Source: Gemmatimonadaceae bacterium (GTDB lineage Bacteria; Gemmatimonadota; Gemmatimonadetes; Gemmatimonadales; Gemmatimonadaceae). Taken from it: a DNA stretch of 64,000 nt. The stretch covers positions 109 through 64,108 of the forward strand of contig DASUUI010000020.1 in NCBI GenBank assembly GCA_036374155.1, in the 5' to 3' direction. Below are positions 54,675 through 63,290 of the stretch, one piece after another; position 1 is the first letter of the stretch; the number at the start of each line of letters is the position of its first letter. The notes below the pieces were generated by a model. That model was not told the DNA's origin. It saw nothing but the letters and a program-made list of their open reading frames with translations, and did no database searches. Made by a program: the position numbers and the translations under genes.

Positions 54675-55034
54675 GTGTCACGACCATACGAGGCGGTGTA
54701 CATCTTCGACTCGACACTCGAAGATCCCGCCATCAACGACAGACTCAGCAGGTTCCACTCCCTGCTCCGCACCGACGGTGAGATCACCGTCGATCACTGG
54801 GGCAGGCGGCAACTGGCCTACTCCATCGGCCCGCGCGAGAACGGTTACTACGTGATCGCCCGGTTCACGGCCGACCCGACGTCGCTCCCCGAGTACGAGC
54901 GCGCGCTCAAGCTCGACGACGGCGTGATCCGCTACCTGATCTCGCTGCACGAGCGCGAGGTGGGCGCCCCGGCCCAGAGCGAGGACGCCCTCGCCGCGGT
55001 CGGTCGCGATGACGATGACGACGACGAGGAGTAG
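54675..55034 (+). CDS. rpsF: 30S ribosomal protein S6
   Basis: RPYEAVYIFDS...HWGRRQLAYSI and an acidic tail DDDDDDEE. GTG 54675 is preferred over TTG 54666 on SD spacing. Confidence 0.92.
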   Translation: MSRPYEAVYIFDSTLEDPAINDRLSRFHSLLRTDGEITVDHWGRRQLAYSIGPRENGYYVIARFTADPTSLPEYERALKLDDGVIRYLISLHEREVGAPAQSEDALAAVGRDDDDDDEE

Positions 55035-55037
55035 ACG

Positions 55038-55259
55038 ATGAGACGACCACAGAAGACGTGTCCGTTCTGCGAGACACGCGTCCGCTTCATCGACTACAAG
55101 GACGACCGCACGCTGGGACGGTTCATCACGGAGCACGGTAAGATCCTGCCGAGCCGTCTCAGCGGTGCATGCGCGCGTCATCAGCGGCAGCTGGCGACCG
55201 CCGTCAAGCGCGCCCGTTTCCTCGCGCTGATCCCATACACCCACGGCCACACGGGCTGA
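55038..55259 (+). CDS. rpsR: 30S ribosomal protein S18
   Basis: [60 protein letters not shown]. Confidence 0.95.
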   Translation: MRRPQKTCPFCETRVRFIDYKDDRTLGRFITEHGKILPSRLSGACARHQRQLATAVKRARFLALIPYTHGHTG

Positions 55260-55263
55260 GGGC

Positions 55264-56280
55264 GTGACCACGCCGGCCGCCCCGGCGCCGGCGCGCCGGA
55301 AGTGGTGGCTGTTCCTGCTGGGCATGTTCGCATTCGTCACGTTCGGGTACGTCCCGGCGGGCGCGGCGTTCATGCCCGTGGGACCTGCCTTCCTGCTCGT
55401 CGGTGGAACGGTCATAGCCTGCGCGCTGGTGGCTGCGGCTCTGCACGGCCGGACGGCCGTCGCGCCGCTGGCCGTAGCCGTCGCGGGAATCGCGCTCACC
55501 GCCGCGATGCCGGGGGCCGACGAGACCTATCGGTCACTGGTGCTCGGCTGGGCGGTGATCCTGTCGGCGAGCTTCGGGCTGGTCAGTATCCTCGCGCCTC
55601 CCCGGACATTTCTCCCGCGTGCTCTGGCGTCGCTGGCGCTCGCCATCGTGGTGGCCGTCGCGGGCACCGCGCTGTTCGGCAACGGCTTCGAGAAGGTGCG
55701 CAGCTCGATGTACGCGGAGGCGGCGCGGCGGGCCGACGTGATCGACATGGAAGGGCAGCGCTGGTTCTCGGCGGCGGGATGGCGCGATGCCGAGGCGCAG
55801 AAGCCACAGCTCGGCTCGCTGCGCGCCGCTTACGAGGAGTGGGTGCACTCGCTCCCGCAACGCACGCTCTTCCTCCTGCCGTCGCTGCTCGCCCTGCAGT
55901 CGCTGGCAGGCATGGCTCTGGGCTGGGAGCTGTTCCACCGGCTGAGCCGCCAGCGGATCGGCGAGCCCCTTGCCCGGCTCCGTGAGTTCAGCTTCAACGA
56001 CCAGTACGTCTGGGCGATCGCCGTCGGCCTCACGATCCTGGTTCTGCCCGAGTTCGCGGAGGGCCGCGCCGCCGGTGCCAACATCCTCCTGTTCTTCGGC
56101 GCTCTCTTCGCGCTGCGGGGCCTCGCCGTGCTGGCGTCCTTTCCCCGCGGCCGGTTCCTCGTTCCGCTGGTTGCACTTCTCTTCTTCGCTGCGTGGCCTC
56201 TCGCGGCGGGAATAACCCTCCTGCTCGGGCTCGCGGACATCTGGCTGGACGTCCGGCGGCGCGCCCGGCCTGCCCTTTAA
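55264..56280 (+). CDS. polytopic membrane protein, DUF2232 (YybS)-like
   Basis: 338 aa with many TM helices. Its position between rpsR and rplI matches yybS in Firmicutes. The C-terminus is GLADIWLDVRRR. The family call is from memory. Confidence 0.5.
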   Translation: MTTPAAPAPARRKWWLFLLGMFAFVTFGYVPAGAAFMPVGPAFLLVGGTVIACALVAAALHGRTAVAPLAVAVAGIALTAAMPGADETYRSLVLGWAVILSASFGLVSILAPPRTFLPRALASLALAIVVAVAGTALFGNGFEKVRSSMYAEAARRADVIDMEGQRWFSAAGWRDAEAQKPQLGSLRAAYEEWVHSLPQRTLFLLPSLLALQSLAGMALGWELFHRLSRQRIGEPLARLREFSFNDQYVWAIAVGLTILVLPEFAEGRAAGANILLFFGALFALRGLAVLASFPRGRFLVPLVALLFFAAWPLAAGITLLLGLADIWLDVRRRARPAL

Positions 56281-56323
56281 CTATCTTCAGACTGGCGACG
56301 GTGTCGCCTTACGGATCACACGC

Positions 56324-56767
56324 ATGGAAGTCATTCTCAGACAAGCGATCGAAAAGCTCGGGCACACGGGCGACATAGTTCGGGTCTCTCCCGGTTATGC
56401 CCGGAACTATCTCCTTCCGCACGGCCTCGCCTACCCCGCCACTCCCGGCAACAGGAAGCGCCTGGAGCAGGAACGGGCACGGCTGGAGGCTGCGGAGAAC
56501 GACCGCCGGCAGGCTGCGGAGAGTCTTGCCACGAAGCTGGAAGAGGTGTCGCTCACCTTCTCCGCCCGGGTCGGCGAGGAAGGCAAGCTGTTCGGGTCGG
56601 TGACCGGCAGCGACATCGCGCAGCAGCTGGAGGCGCAGGGCTTCCACATCGAGAAGCGCCAGATCGACCTGCACGAGCCGATCAAGGCTCTGGGCGTCTA
56701 CCGGGTGCCGATTCGGCTGCATGCCGACGTGCATCCTGAGATCAAAGTCTGGGTAATCAAGCAGTAG
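56324..56767 (+). CDS. rplI: 50S ribosomal protein L9
   Basis: MEVILRQAIEKLGHTGDIVRVSPGYARNYLLPHGLA. Confidence 0.95.
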   Translation: MEVILRQAIEKLGHTGDIVRVSPGYARNYLLPHGLAYPATPGNRKRLEQERARLEAAENDRRQAAESLATKLEEVSLTFSARVGEEGKLFGSVTGSDIAQQLEAQGFHIEKRQIDLHEPIKALGVYRVPIRLHADVHPEIKVWVIKQ

Positions 56768-56787
56768 CGGGCGTCAGCGACACCCGC

Positions 56788-56840
56788 CGGGCTCTCTCCA
56801 GTGGTGCAGCTGCACCGCCGGCGGGAGCCCGCTGTGTTTT
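56788..56840 (+). terminator. compound hairpin plus U-tract after rplI
   Basis: CGGGCTC...GGTGCAGCTGCACC...GAGCCCG followed by CTGTGTTTT. Confidence 0.6.
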
Positions 56841-56962
56841 CGTGGCACTGAGCTCCCGACATCTGGCTTGCCTGATGCAGTACGTGCTGCGTGGAACTTT
56901 CGGGCGTTCAGCCCACTACGGGAGGGGGTCGGGCTCCCGTCCAACATTTCGACTGGTAGCGA

Positions 56963-57337
56963 ATGGCTGAGACCGTATCTCCCGCCGTTGCGACAGCGCA
57001 GCGCGCCGCGGCACTGTGTCTGGACATGAAGGCGAACGAAGTGGTGGTACTCGATCTCAGCAGCGTAACTGACATGACCGACTGTTTCGTCATAGCGAGC
57101 GGCACGTCCGACACGCATGTTCGAGCAGTCGCCGAGCACGTTCTGGCAGAGCTGAAAAAGGAGGGGATGACGGCCCATCACATCGAGGGGCTGCAGCAGG
57201 GACGGTGGGTGCTGCTCGACTACGTGGATTTCGTCGTCCACATTTTCCACCCGGCACTCCGCTCTTTCTATCAGCTTGAGCGGCTCTGGAGCGACGCCGA
57301 GCCGGTTGCTCTGACAACGCAGGGAGTTACGCCATGA
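56963..57337 (+). CDS. rsfS: ribosome silencing factor
   Basis: VVVLDLSSVTDMTDCFVIASGTSDTHVRAVAEHV...VLLDYVDFVVHIFHPALRSFYQLERLW. Confidence 0.92.
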   Translation: MAETVSPAVATAQRAAALCLDMKANEVVVLDLSSVTDMTDCFVIASGTSDTHVRAVAEHVLAELKKEGMTAHHIEGLQQGRWVLLDYVDFVVHIFHPALRSFYQLERLWSDAEPVALTTQGVTP

Positions 57338-60300
57338 GGGTACGATCGACACGGTGGATGCTGCTGGGACTGCTGGCCCTCGCGCCTGCGTCCGCGGCCC
57401 ATGCTCAGCAGTACTTCGGGAAGAACCAGGTCCAGTACAAGAACTTCAAGTGGCGGGTGCTCGAGACCGAGCACTTCACGATCCACTACTACCCGGAGGA
57501 GCGCGAGGCCATCACCGACGCCGCGAGAATGGCGGAGCGCGCATACACCCGGCTGTCGCAGGTGCTCGGGCACCAGTTCCGCGAGAAGAAGCCGGTGATC
57601 CTGTTCGCCTCGAGAGCCGACTTCGCGCAGAACAACATATTCGGGGATCTGGGCGAAGGCGTTGGCGGCGTGACCGAAGCGCTCCGGCACCGGCTGATCA
57701 TGCCCCTGACGGGCGATTATCACAGCTTCGAGCACGTCCTCGCACACGAGCTGGTGCACGAGTTCCAGTACGACGTGCTGTCGCGCGGCAGGGCCGGCCA
57801 GAACCTGCAGGCGATGGCACAGCTCGAGTTGCCGCTGTGGTTCATGGAAGGGATGGCCGAATACCTGTCGATCGGCCCCGAGCATTCGCTCACCGACATG
57901 TACATGCGCGATGCCGCGGTCAACGGCACCATTCCGACCGTGCGGCAGATGCTGGAGCGCCCGGATCGCTGGTCGCCGTATCGCTTCGGCCACGCGATCT
58001 GGACCTACATCGGCGACCGCTGGGGCGACGTCGCGGTCGGCGCGATTCTGCAGTCGGTGCCCAACATCGGCGTGGAGCGCGCCATCCGCCGGGAACTGGG
58101 GATGACCACCGAGCAGCTCAGCGACGAGTGGCGCGAGGCCGTCCAGGCCAGGTACCTGCCGATGCTCGCTTCGCTGGAGCGGCCGCTCCAGTTCGCCGCG
58201 CCCCTGCTCACGCCCCGTCGCACGCGCGGCGAGATCTTCCTGGCACCGGCGCTGTCGAGCGATGGGAAGTACGTCGCGTTCCTCGCCAACGGAGACCCGA
58301 AGCGGGGCGACATCTTCATCGACCTGTGGCTCGGCGACGCACAGACCGGCAAGCGCATCAAGAAGCTCGTCGGCAGCACCCTCGACGCGAACTTCGAGGA
58401 GCTCCGGCTGCTGTACTCGCAGAGCAGCTTCTCCAACGATGGCAGCCGACTGGCCTTCACCGCGCAGCGCGCGGGCAAGGACGTGCTGTACGTGATCAAC
58501 GTCCGCGATCAGCGCACGATCCAGCGGATGGACCTTCCACTGGAGGGTGTCACCAGTCCGTCATGGTCCCCCGACGACAGGCGCATCGTGTTCAGCGGCA
58601 GCAAGGGCGGATTGACCGACCTGTACGTCGTGAACAGCGATGGAACAGGGCTCCGGCAGCTCACCAACGACAAGCACGGCGATCTCCAGCCGGCGTGGTC
58701 GCCTGACGGAAACTGGGTGGCCTGGTCGTCGGAGAGGAACGTTCTCGATCTCACGAACCTGGACCTGGGACGCTGGCAGATCTCGATGATCAATGTCGAG
58801 ACGGGCGAGGTCCGGCACATTCCTGATCAGGAAGGGCTCAACATCAATCCCATGTGGGCGCCGGACGCGCGGTCGCTCGCATTCATCTCCGATCGCACGG
58901 GGATCGCGAACGTCTTCCTGTACGATCTCGCGGCGGGCACGCATCACCAGCTGACGAACGTCGTTTCCGGTGTTTCTGCGATAACCGAGTACAGCCCGGC
59001 GCTGACCTGGGCGCGCGGCGCGGACAGGCTCGCCTTCACGTATTACGAGAACGGGGACTACACCGTCTGGGCGATCGAGAACCCGCGGGCGCTGAAGCGG
59101 CAGGCCTTCGACACGAGATCCCGCGACACCGTATCGGTTGCCGCGGTGGACACCGTGCGGATCCAGCCGGTCACACCGGAACAGACTTCCGTCTATCGGG
59201 CGGGAACGGGAACGCGACTGTCGGCCGAGCTGTCGCACGCTGAGCTCGCCAGGACCGATGTCGTGGCCACCGTCGCCGAGCTGCGCAACAATCCGTCGTA
59301 TGGCCTGCCGGATACCGCTCGCTTCCTTGAATCCGGTTACCGGGCGAAGCTCCGCGCCGACTACATCTCGCAGAGCGACATCGGCTACACGCCCAACTAC
59401 TACGGCACGAGCGGTTTCTCCGGCGGTACGACCATCGTGTTCAGCGACCTGCTCGGCAATCACAACCTCGCAGTGTCGGGTCAGGTGAATGGCCGCATCC
59501 AGGATGCGAGCTTCTTCACGGCGTACAGCAACCTCAGCAGGCGCTTTCAGTACACCGGGGGCGGGTTCCTCCAGCCGATAATCCTGCCACTGGACAACGG
59601 CTTCGCGACCGAGCTCGGTGACCGCATCCACGTCGAGTACCTGTTCCGGCGTTACGTGCAGCGGAACCTGTTCCTGGTGGGGATGTACCCGCGCAACCGG
59701 TTCACCCGCTTCGAGACGGGCATCCAGTTCAACAACATCACCAGCTCCATCCTGCTGTACGAGTTCGATCTGTTCAACGACGGGTTCGCCGGCAACGGCT
59801 CGGTGCAGACGCTCGGCAAGGAAGAGACGCTGAACTTCATGTCGCCCAACGTCGCGTTCGTCACGGACAACGCGCTGTTCGGCAGCACCGGCCCGCTGTC
59901 CGGACGGCGCGTGCGGCTCGACATAACACCGACGCTCGGGTCGCTCCGGAAGATCGACTACCTGGCCGACATGCGGAACTATCATCCCATCCGGCTCGGC
60001 ACCCTCACATTCGCCACCCGCCTGCTTGCCAGCGTCGCCGTCGGTCGTGACGAAACGCTGTTCCCGAAGTACGTGGGTCGCCCGGACTTCGTCCGCGGCT
60101 ACGACCGGGCCAACCTGTTCGGCACCGGTTTCACCTGTAACTCGTTCCTCGGTTCAGGAATCCAGGGCCGAGCCAGTGACGCGTGCTCGACCGTCGAGCT
60201 CGTCGGCAGCCGCGTGATCGTCGCGAACGCCGAGTTCCGTTTTCCGGTCATTCGGCGCTTCGAGCTCGGCGCGTTCGGACTGCCCCCACTCGATGGCGTG

Positions 60301-60525
60301 CTGTTCTACGACGCCGGCGTCGCGTGGAGCAGCGGCCAGGACGTGTCGCTGCGCAAGCCCGACAATTACGACTTCGAGCTGCATCGTTATCCGCTGACGA
60401 GCTGGGGTGGCGGCCTGCGCATGAACCTGTTCAACATGGCCATCCTCCGCTGGGACTACGCCATCCCGATGGCAACTGCGAGCAGAAAGGGAAACTGGAC
60501 CTTCTCGCTCGGACCCAGCTTCTAG
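57334..60525 (+). CDS. 1063-aa outer-membrane protein: HExxH peptidase-like domain + TolB-like beta-propeller + Omp85-family barrel
   Basis: The signal peptide ends in SAAHAQQ. Also present are HELVHEF, PD40-type repeats (PSWSPDDRRIVFSG, PAWSPDGNWVAWSS, PMWAPDARSLAFISD) and the Omp85 loop-6 motif FVRGY. The C-terminus is RWDYAIPM...WTFSLGPSF. An ATGA overlap joins it to rsfS. Confidence 0.8.
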   Translation: MRVRSTRWMLLGLLALAPASAAHAQQYFGKNQVQYKNFKWRVLETEHFTIHYYPEEREAITDAARMAERAYTRLSQVLGHQFREKKPVILFASRADFAQNNIFGDLGEGVGGVTEALRHRLIMPLTGDYHSFEHVLAHELVHEFQYDVLSRGRAGQNLQAMAQLELPLWFMEGMAEYLSIGPEHSLTDMYMRDAAVNGTIPTVRQMLERPDRWSPYRFGHAIWTYIGDRWGDVAVGAILQSVPNIGVERAIRRELGMTTEQLSDEWREAVQARYLPMLASLERPLQFAAPLLTPRRTRGEIFLAPALSSDGKYVAFLANGDPKRGDIFIDLWLGDAQTGKRIKKLVGSTLDANFEELRLLYSQSSFSNDGSRLAFTAQRAGKDVLYVINVRDQRTIQRMDLPLEGVTSPSWSPDDRRIVFSGSKGGLTDLYVVNSDGTGLRQLTNDKHGDLQPAWSPDGNWVAWSSERNVLDLTNLDLGRWQISMINVETGEVRHIPDQEGLNINPMWAPDARSLAFISDRTGIANVFLYDLAAGTHHQLTNVVSGVSAITEYSPALTWARGADRLAFTYYENGDYTVWAIENPRALKRQAFDTRSRDTVSVAAVDTVRIQPVTPEQTSVYRAGTGTRLSAELSHAELARTDVVATVAELRNNPSYGLPDTARFLESGYRAKLRADYISQSDIGYTPNYYGTSGFSGGTTIVFSDLLGNHNLAVSGQVNGRIQDASFFTAYSNLSRRFQYTGGGFLQPIILPLDNGFATELGDRIHVEYLFRRYVQRNLFLVGMYPRNRFTRFETGIQFNNITSSILLYEFDLFNDGFAGNGSVQTLGKEETLNFMSPNVAFVTDNALFGSTGPLSGRRVRLDITPTLGSLRKIDYLADMRNYHPIRLGTLTFATRLLASVAVGRDETLFPKYVGRPDFVRGYDRANLFGTGFTCNSFLGSGIQGRASDACSTVELVGSRVIVANAEFRFPVIRRFELGAFGLPPLDGVLFYDAGVAWSSGQDVSLRKPDNYDFELHRYPLTSWGGGLRMNLFNMAILRWDYAIPMATASRKGNWTFSLGPSF

Positions 60526-60538
60526 TTTCCGCCGGCGC

Positions 60539-60565
60539 GGGCGGAGCGCGGCACGCGCTCCGCCC
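60539..60565 (+). terminator. perfect 12-bp GC hairpin after the OMP gene (no U-tract)
   Basis: GGGCGGAGCGCG-GCA-CGCGCTCCGCCC. Confidence 0.35.
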
Positions 60566-60609
60566 GTCCGAGGTGGTGCCCCTTCTCACACCGGTCTAAG
60601 ATTCAACGC

Positions 60610-62061
60610 GTGCGCAGGCTCCTCGTGCTCGCGCTCGCAACCCTCGGCTGCGGCCGCGACGCATCCACCCCGGACGCGCGCACGGCGGCCGCATCGCGCG
60701 AGCCGGACCCAATCGTCATCCGCGTGCCCCGCGACGGAGGCACCGCGCGCGCAGCCGTCTATCCAGCGCTCGATTCGATCATATGGGAGGCCGGCGCGTT
60801 CCCTGCCATCCGGCGCGTTCTCGGTTTCGATCCGGAGGCGGGCGCGCTCGCCGTAACCTCCAGCAGCGGTCGGCCCGTCCACCTCGACCTGAGGATGGGA
60901 CGCTCGATACCGGCGTCACGCGATTCGCTGCGGGGGCAGGCGTCGTCCAACGGGACTGACATCTACGGAATAGACGCCCGCGGGCGCGTGCTCCGCCTGA
61001 GCCCCAGCGGTCCCTGGACGTTCACGCCGCCCACCCCCGCCAGCGAGGTGCACCCGCAGCCGGACGGCGCGTTGCTGGTGGTGTCGCGTCAGGGAGGCCG
61101 GACGGCGCTGTGGCGGGTGTACCCGCCCGATGATCGTGTGCTCGATACAGCCTGGCTTCCTCCGGTCGGTACCGCGGTCGGCACCCAGACCGGGGACAGA
61201 CTGTACTTTACCACCGACACCGCCGTGATCGCCGTAGCCGGGAGGACTCTGGAGCCGGTTCGGAGCATACGAACGCGCGAGCGTGTAACTGCGGCTGCGT
61301 CCACCCCGAGCGGCGACAGGCTGTATCTCGCCCATCACGGCATGGCCCTGCTGCGCGTTATCAACCGCTTCTCCGACGATCCACCTGACGAGGTGATCCT
61401 TCCGGACGAACCGTCCGACCTGCGGATGGATCCTCTCGGCCGCTACGTCCTCGCACGCTCTGCGGGGACCGATTCAGTGTGGGTTGTGGCAGTGGGCACC
61501 GGACGGCTGGTCGCGACGCTCCCAAGCCGCTGGACATCGGATCTGCCGGCCGTCGCACCTGACGGCGCAATCGCGACGCGGGGCACGCGTGACGTGACTT
61601 TCATAGATCCGGAGAGCGGCCGCGAAGTGCTGCGGGCCACGGGCGGCGCATCCGATTTCTGGATTTTCTTCTACTGGAACGGGTTCCGCCCGCGCGCCGC
61701 CGGCCTCGACGTTCCTGTCATCTTCCCCGCGCCCGACACCATCGCGGTGGACACGCTGTCCGATTCCGCTGTTGTGCCGCCAGCACCGGGAAGCCCCGCA
61801 ATAGTGGCTGACCCGGTCGCTCCGCCTCCGGTCTCGCCAGGATATACGGTGTCGTTCGCTGCCTTGCTGTCCCAGCCCCGCGCTCAATCGCTCGCAGACT
61901 CGATCGTGGTCGGCACTGCGCGCGCCCGCGTCGAGGCCGGTGAGGCGGCGGGTGTCCCGCTGTATCGCGTGGTGCTTGGTCCGTACCTGACCCGCGCTGA
62001 CGCGGAAGCGGCTGGACGCTACACGGGCAGGCAGTTCTGGATCTTCGAGGGCCGGCCATGA
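60610..62061 (+). CDS. lipoprotein with beta-propeller-like region and C-terminal SPOR domain
   Basis: Lipobox LATLGC and YVTN-like strands (GRYVLARSAGTDSVWVVAVGTGRLV). The SPOR-like C-terminus is YTVSFAALLSQPRAQSLADSI...YRVVLGPYLTRADAEAA. Confidence 0.7.
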   Translation: MRRLLVLALATLGCGRDASTPDARTAAASREPDPIVIRVPRDGGTARAAVYPALDSIIWEAGAFPAIRRVLGFDPEAGALAVTSSSGRPVHLDLRMGRSIPASRDSLRGQASSNGTDIYGIDARGRVLRLSPSGPWTFTPPTPASEVHPQPDGALLVVSRQGGRTALWRVYPPDDRVLDTAWLPPVGTAVGTQTGDRLYFTTDTAVIAVAGRTLEPVRSIRTRERVTAAASTPSGDRLYLAHHGMALLRVINRFSDDPPDEVILPDEPSDLRMDPLGRYVLARSAGTDSVWVVAVGTGRLVATLPSRWTSDLPAVAPDGAIATRGTRDVTFIDPESGREVLRATGGASDFWIFFYWNGFRPRAAGLDVPVIFPAPDTIAVDTLSDSAVVPPAPGSPAIVADPVAPPPVSPGYTVSFAALLSQPRAQSLADSIVVGTARARVEAGEAAGVPLYRVVLGPYLTRADAEAAGRYTGRQFWIFEGRP

Positions 62062-63290
62062 GCGCGTCCGCCGCCGGGAACGGCAACGTGCTGCCGGTGA
62101 CCGCCACGTCGGAGGCCGCGGCAGTCGTCCGCGGCTACCACTGCGTCGCGGTGATCGGCGAGGATGGTGACGCAGCTGCCGCCGTCGCGCGGAGCATCGG
62201 AAGCGAGATAGCGCGCGACAGGAAGGTCGTGCTCGCAGACATGGTTGGCGACGTTCCCATGTTGCGCGACCTCTCCGCAGAGCCGGATCCTGAGGGAATT
62301 GAAGACAGCTTCGAATACGGCATCTCGCTGGGGAGGATGTCACATCCCACTCCGGTCGAGAACTTCTTCCTCATACCGAGCGGCAGCGACGCCGTCGCGC
62401 GAGAGGAGATATTCCACAGCGGCCGGTGGACGCGTCTTGCGCGGCAGTCGCGCGCTTCCGGCTCGTTGCTCCTCGTCGTGGCGCGCAGCACGGCACCGGG
62501 AGTGCGCGCGCTGGTGGAGCAGCTCGACGGCGCAGTCGTGGTGGGCAGCGCGTCGCCGCCGGGGATGCGGGTCCTGCACAGGGTGGAGGCGGCCGACGTC
62601 CGGCGCGCGCTCGGGAAGAAAGGCGCTCCCCGTCTCGCCGGCGGCGTCATCGTGGGCGTCGCCCTGCTCGCGATCGCCGCCTTCGCGGCCTGGCAGGCGA
62701 CGAAGGGACCTGATGCCCCCGCCGAGCCCTCGTCCGCTGCGACGCCCGCGGTCGTGCGCGATACCGCTGCGCGCGCCACGCTCCTGCCGGTGAACCCGGC
62801 GGACTCGCTGCTCGCTGCCGGGTTTGCGGTGGAAATCATGTCGGCCAATACCCGCGACGGTGCTAACTTTGAGCTGAGGCGTAACAGGGAGAGATTCCCG
62901 GCGGCGACCCTCACTCCGGTGGCGGTTGGCGAGGCGCGGGCGACATGGTACAAGGTCATGGTCGGCGCGTACCCCGATCTGCGCACGGCGGACTCGCTCC
63001 TGCGCACGGCACGCGAGCGCGGAATAGTTGGCGATTCAGCGGGGCTCGTGCTCAGAGCGCCGCTGGCGCTGCTGGTGGACAGCGCAGCTTCCGGCGCTGA
63101 AGTGCAGCAGGCAGTCGAGCGACACACTGCACGCGGTCTGCCGGCGTACGCGCTGCGTCAGCGTGATGGCCGTGCCCTGGTATATGTCGGAGCGTTCGCG
63201 CGCCCGGAAGAAGCAGACCTTTTCGCGGCAGAGCTGACCGCGGCGGGCATGCGGCCGGTGCTCGTCTACAGAACGGGGAGAGTGTTCTAG
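62058..63290 (+). CDS. bitopic protein: degenerate P-loop (ParA/BY-kinase-like) cytoplasmic domain, TM helix, two SPOR domains
   Basis: The N-terminus VAVIGEDGDAAAAVARSIGSEIARDRKVVLADMVGD...FLIPSGSD...LLLVVARS follows the ParA/BY-kinase layout but lacks the Walker A GK[ST]. The TM helix is LAGGVIVGVALLAIAAFAAW. SPOR-like segments are WYKVMVGAYPDLRTADSL and LVYVGAFARPEEADLFAAEL. Confidence 0.6.
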   Translation: MSASAAGNGNVLPVTATSEAAAVVRGYHCVAVIGEDGDAAAAVARSIGSEIARDRKVVLADMVGDVPMLRDLSAEPDPEGIEDSFEYGISLGRMSHPTPVENFFLIPSGSDAVAREEIFHSGRWTRLARQSRASGSLLLVVARSTAPGVRALVEQLDGAVVVGSASPPGMRVLHRVEAADVRRALGKKGAPRLAGGVIVGVALLAIAAFAAWQATKGPDAPAEPSSAATPAVVRDTAARATLLPVNPADSLLAAGFAVEIMSANTRDGANFELRRNRERFPAATLTPVAVGEARATWYKVMVGAYPDLRTADSLLRTARERGIVGDSAGLVLRAPLALLVDSAASGAEVQQAVERHTARGLPAYALRQRDGRALVYVGAFARPEEADLFAAELTAAGMRPVLVYRTGRVF

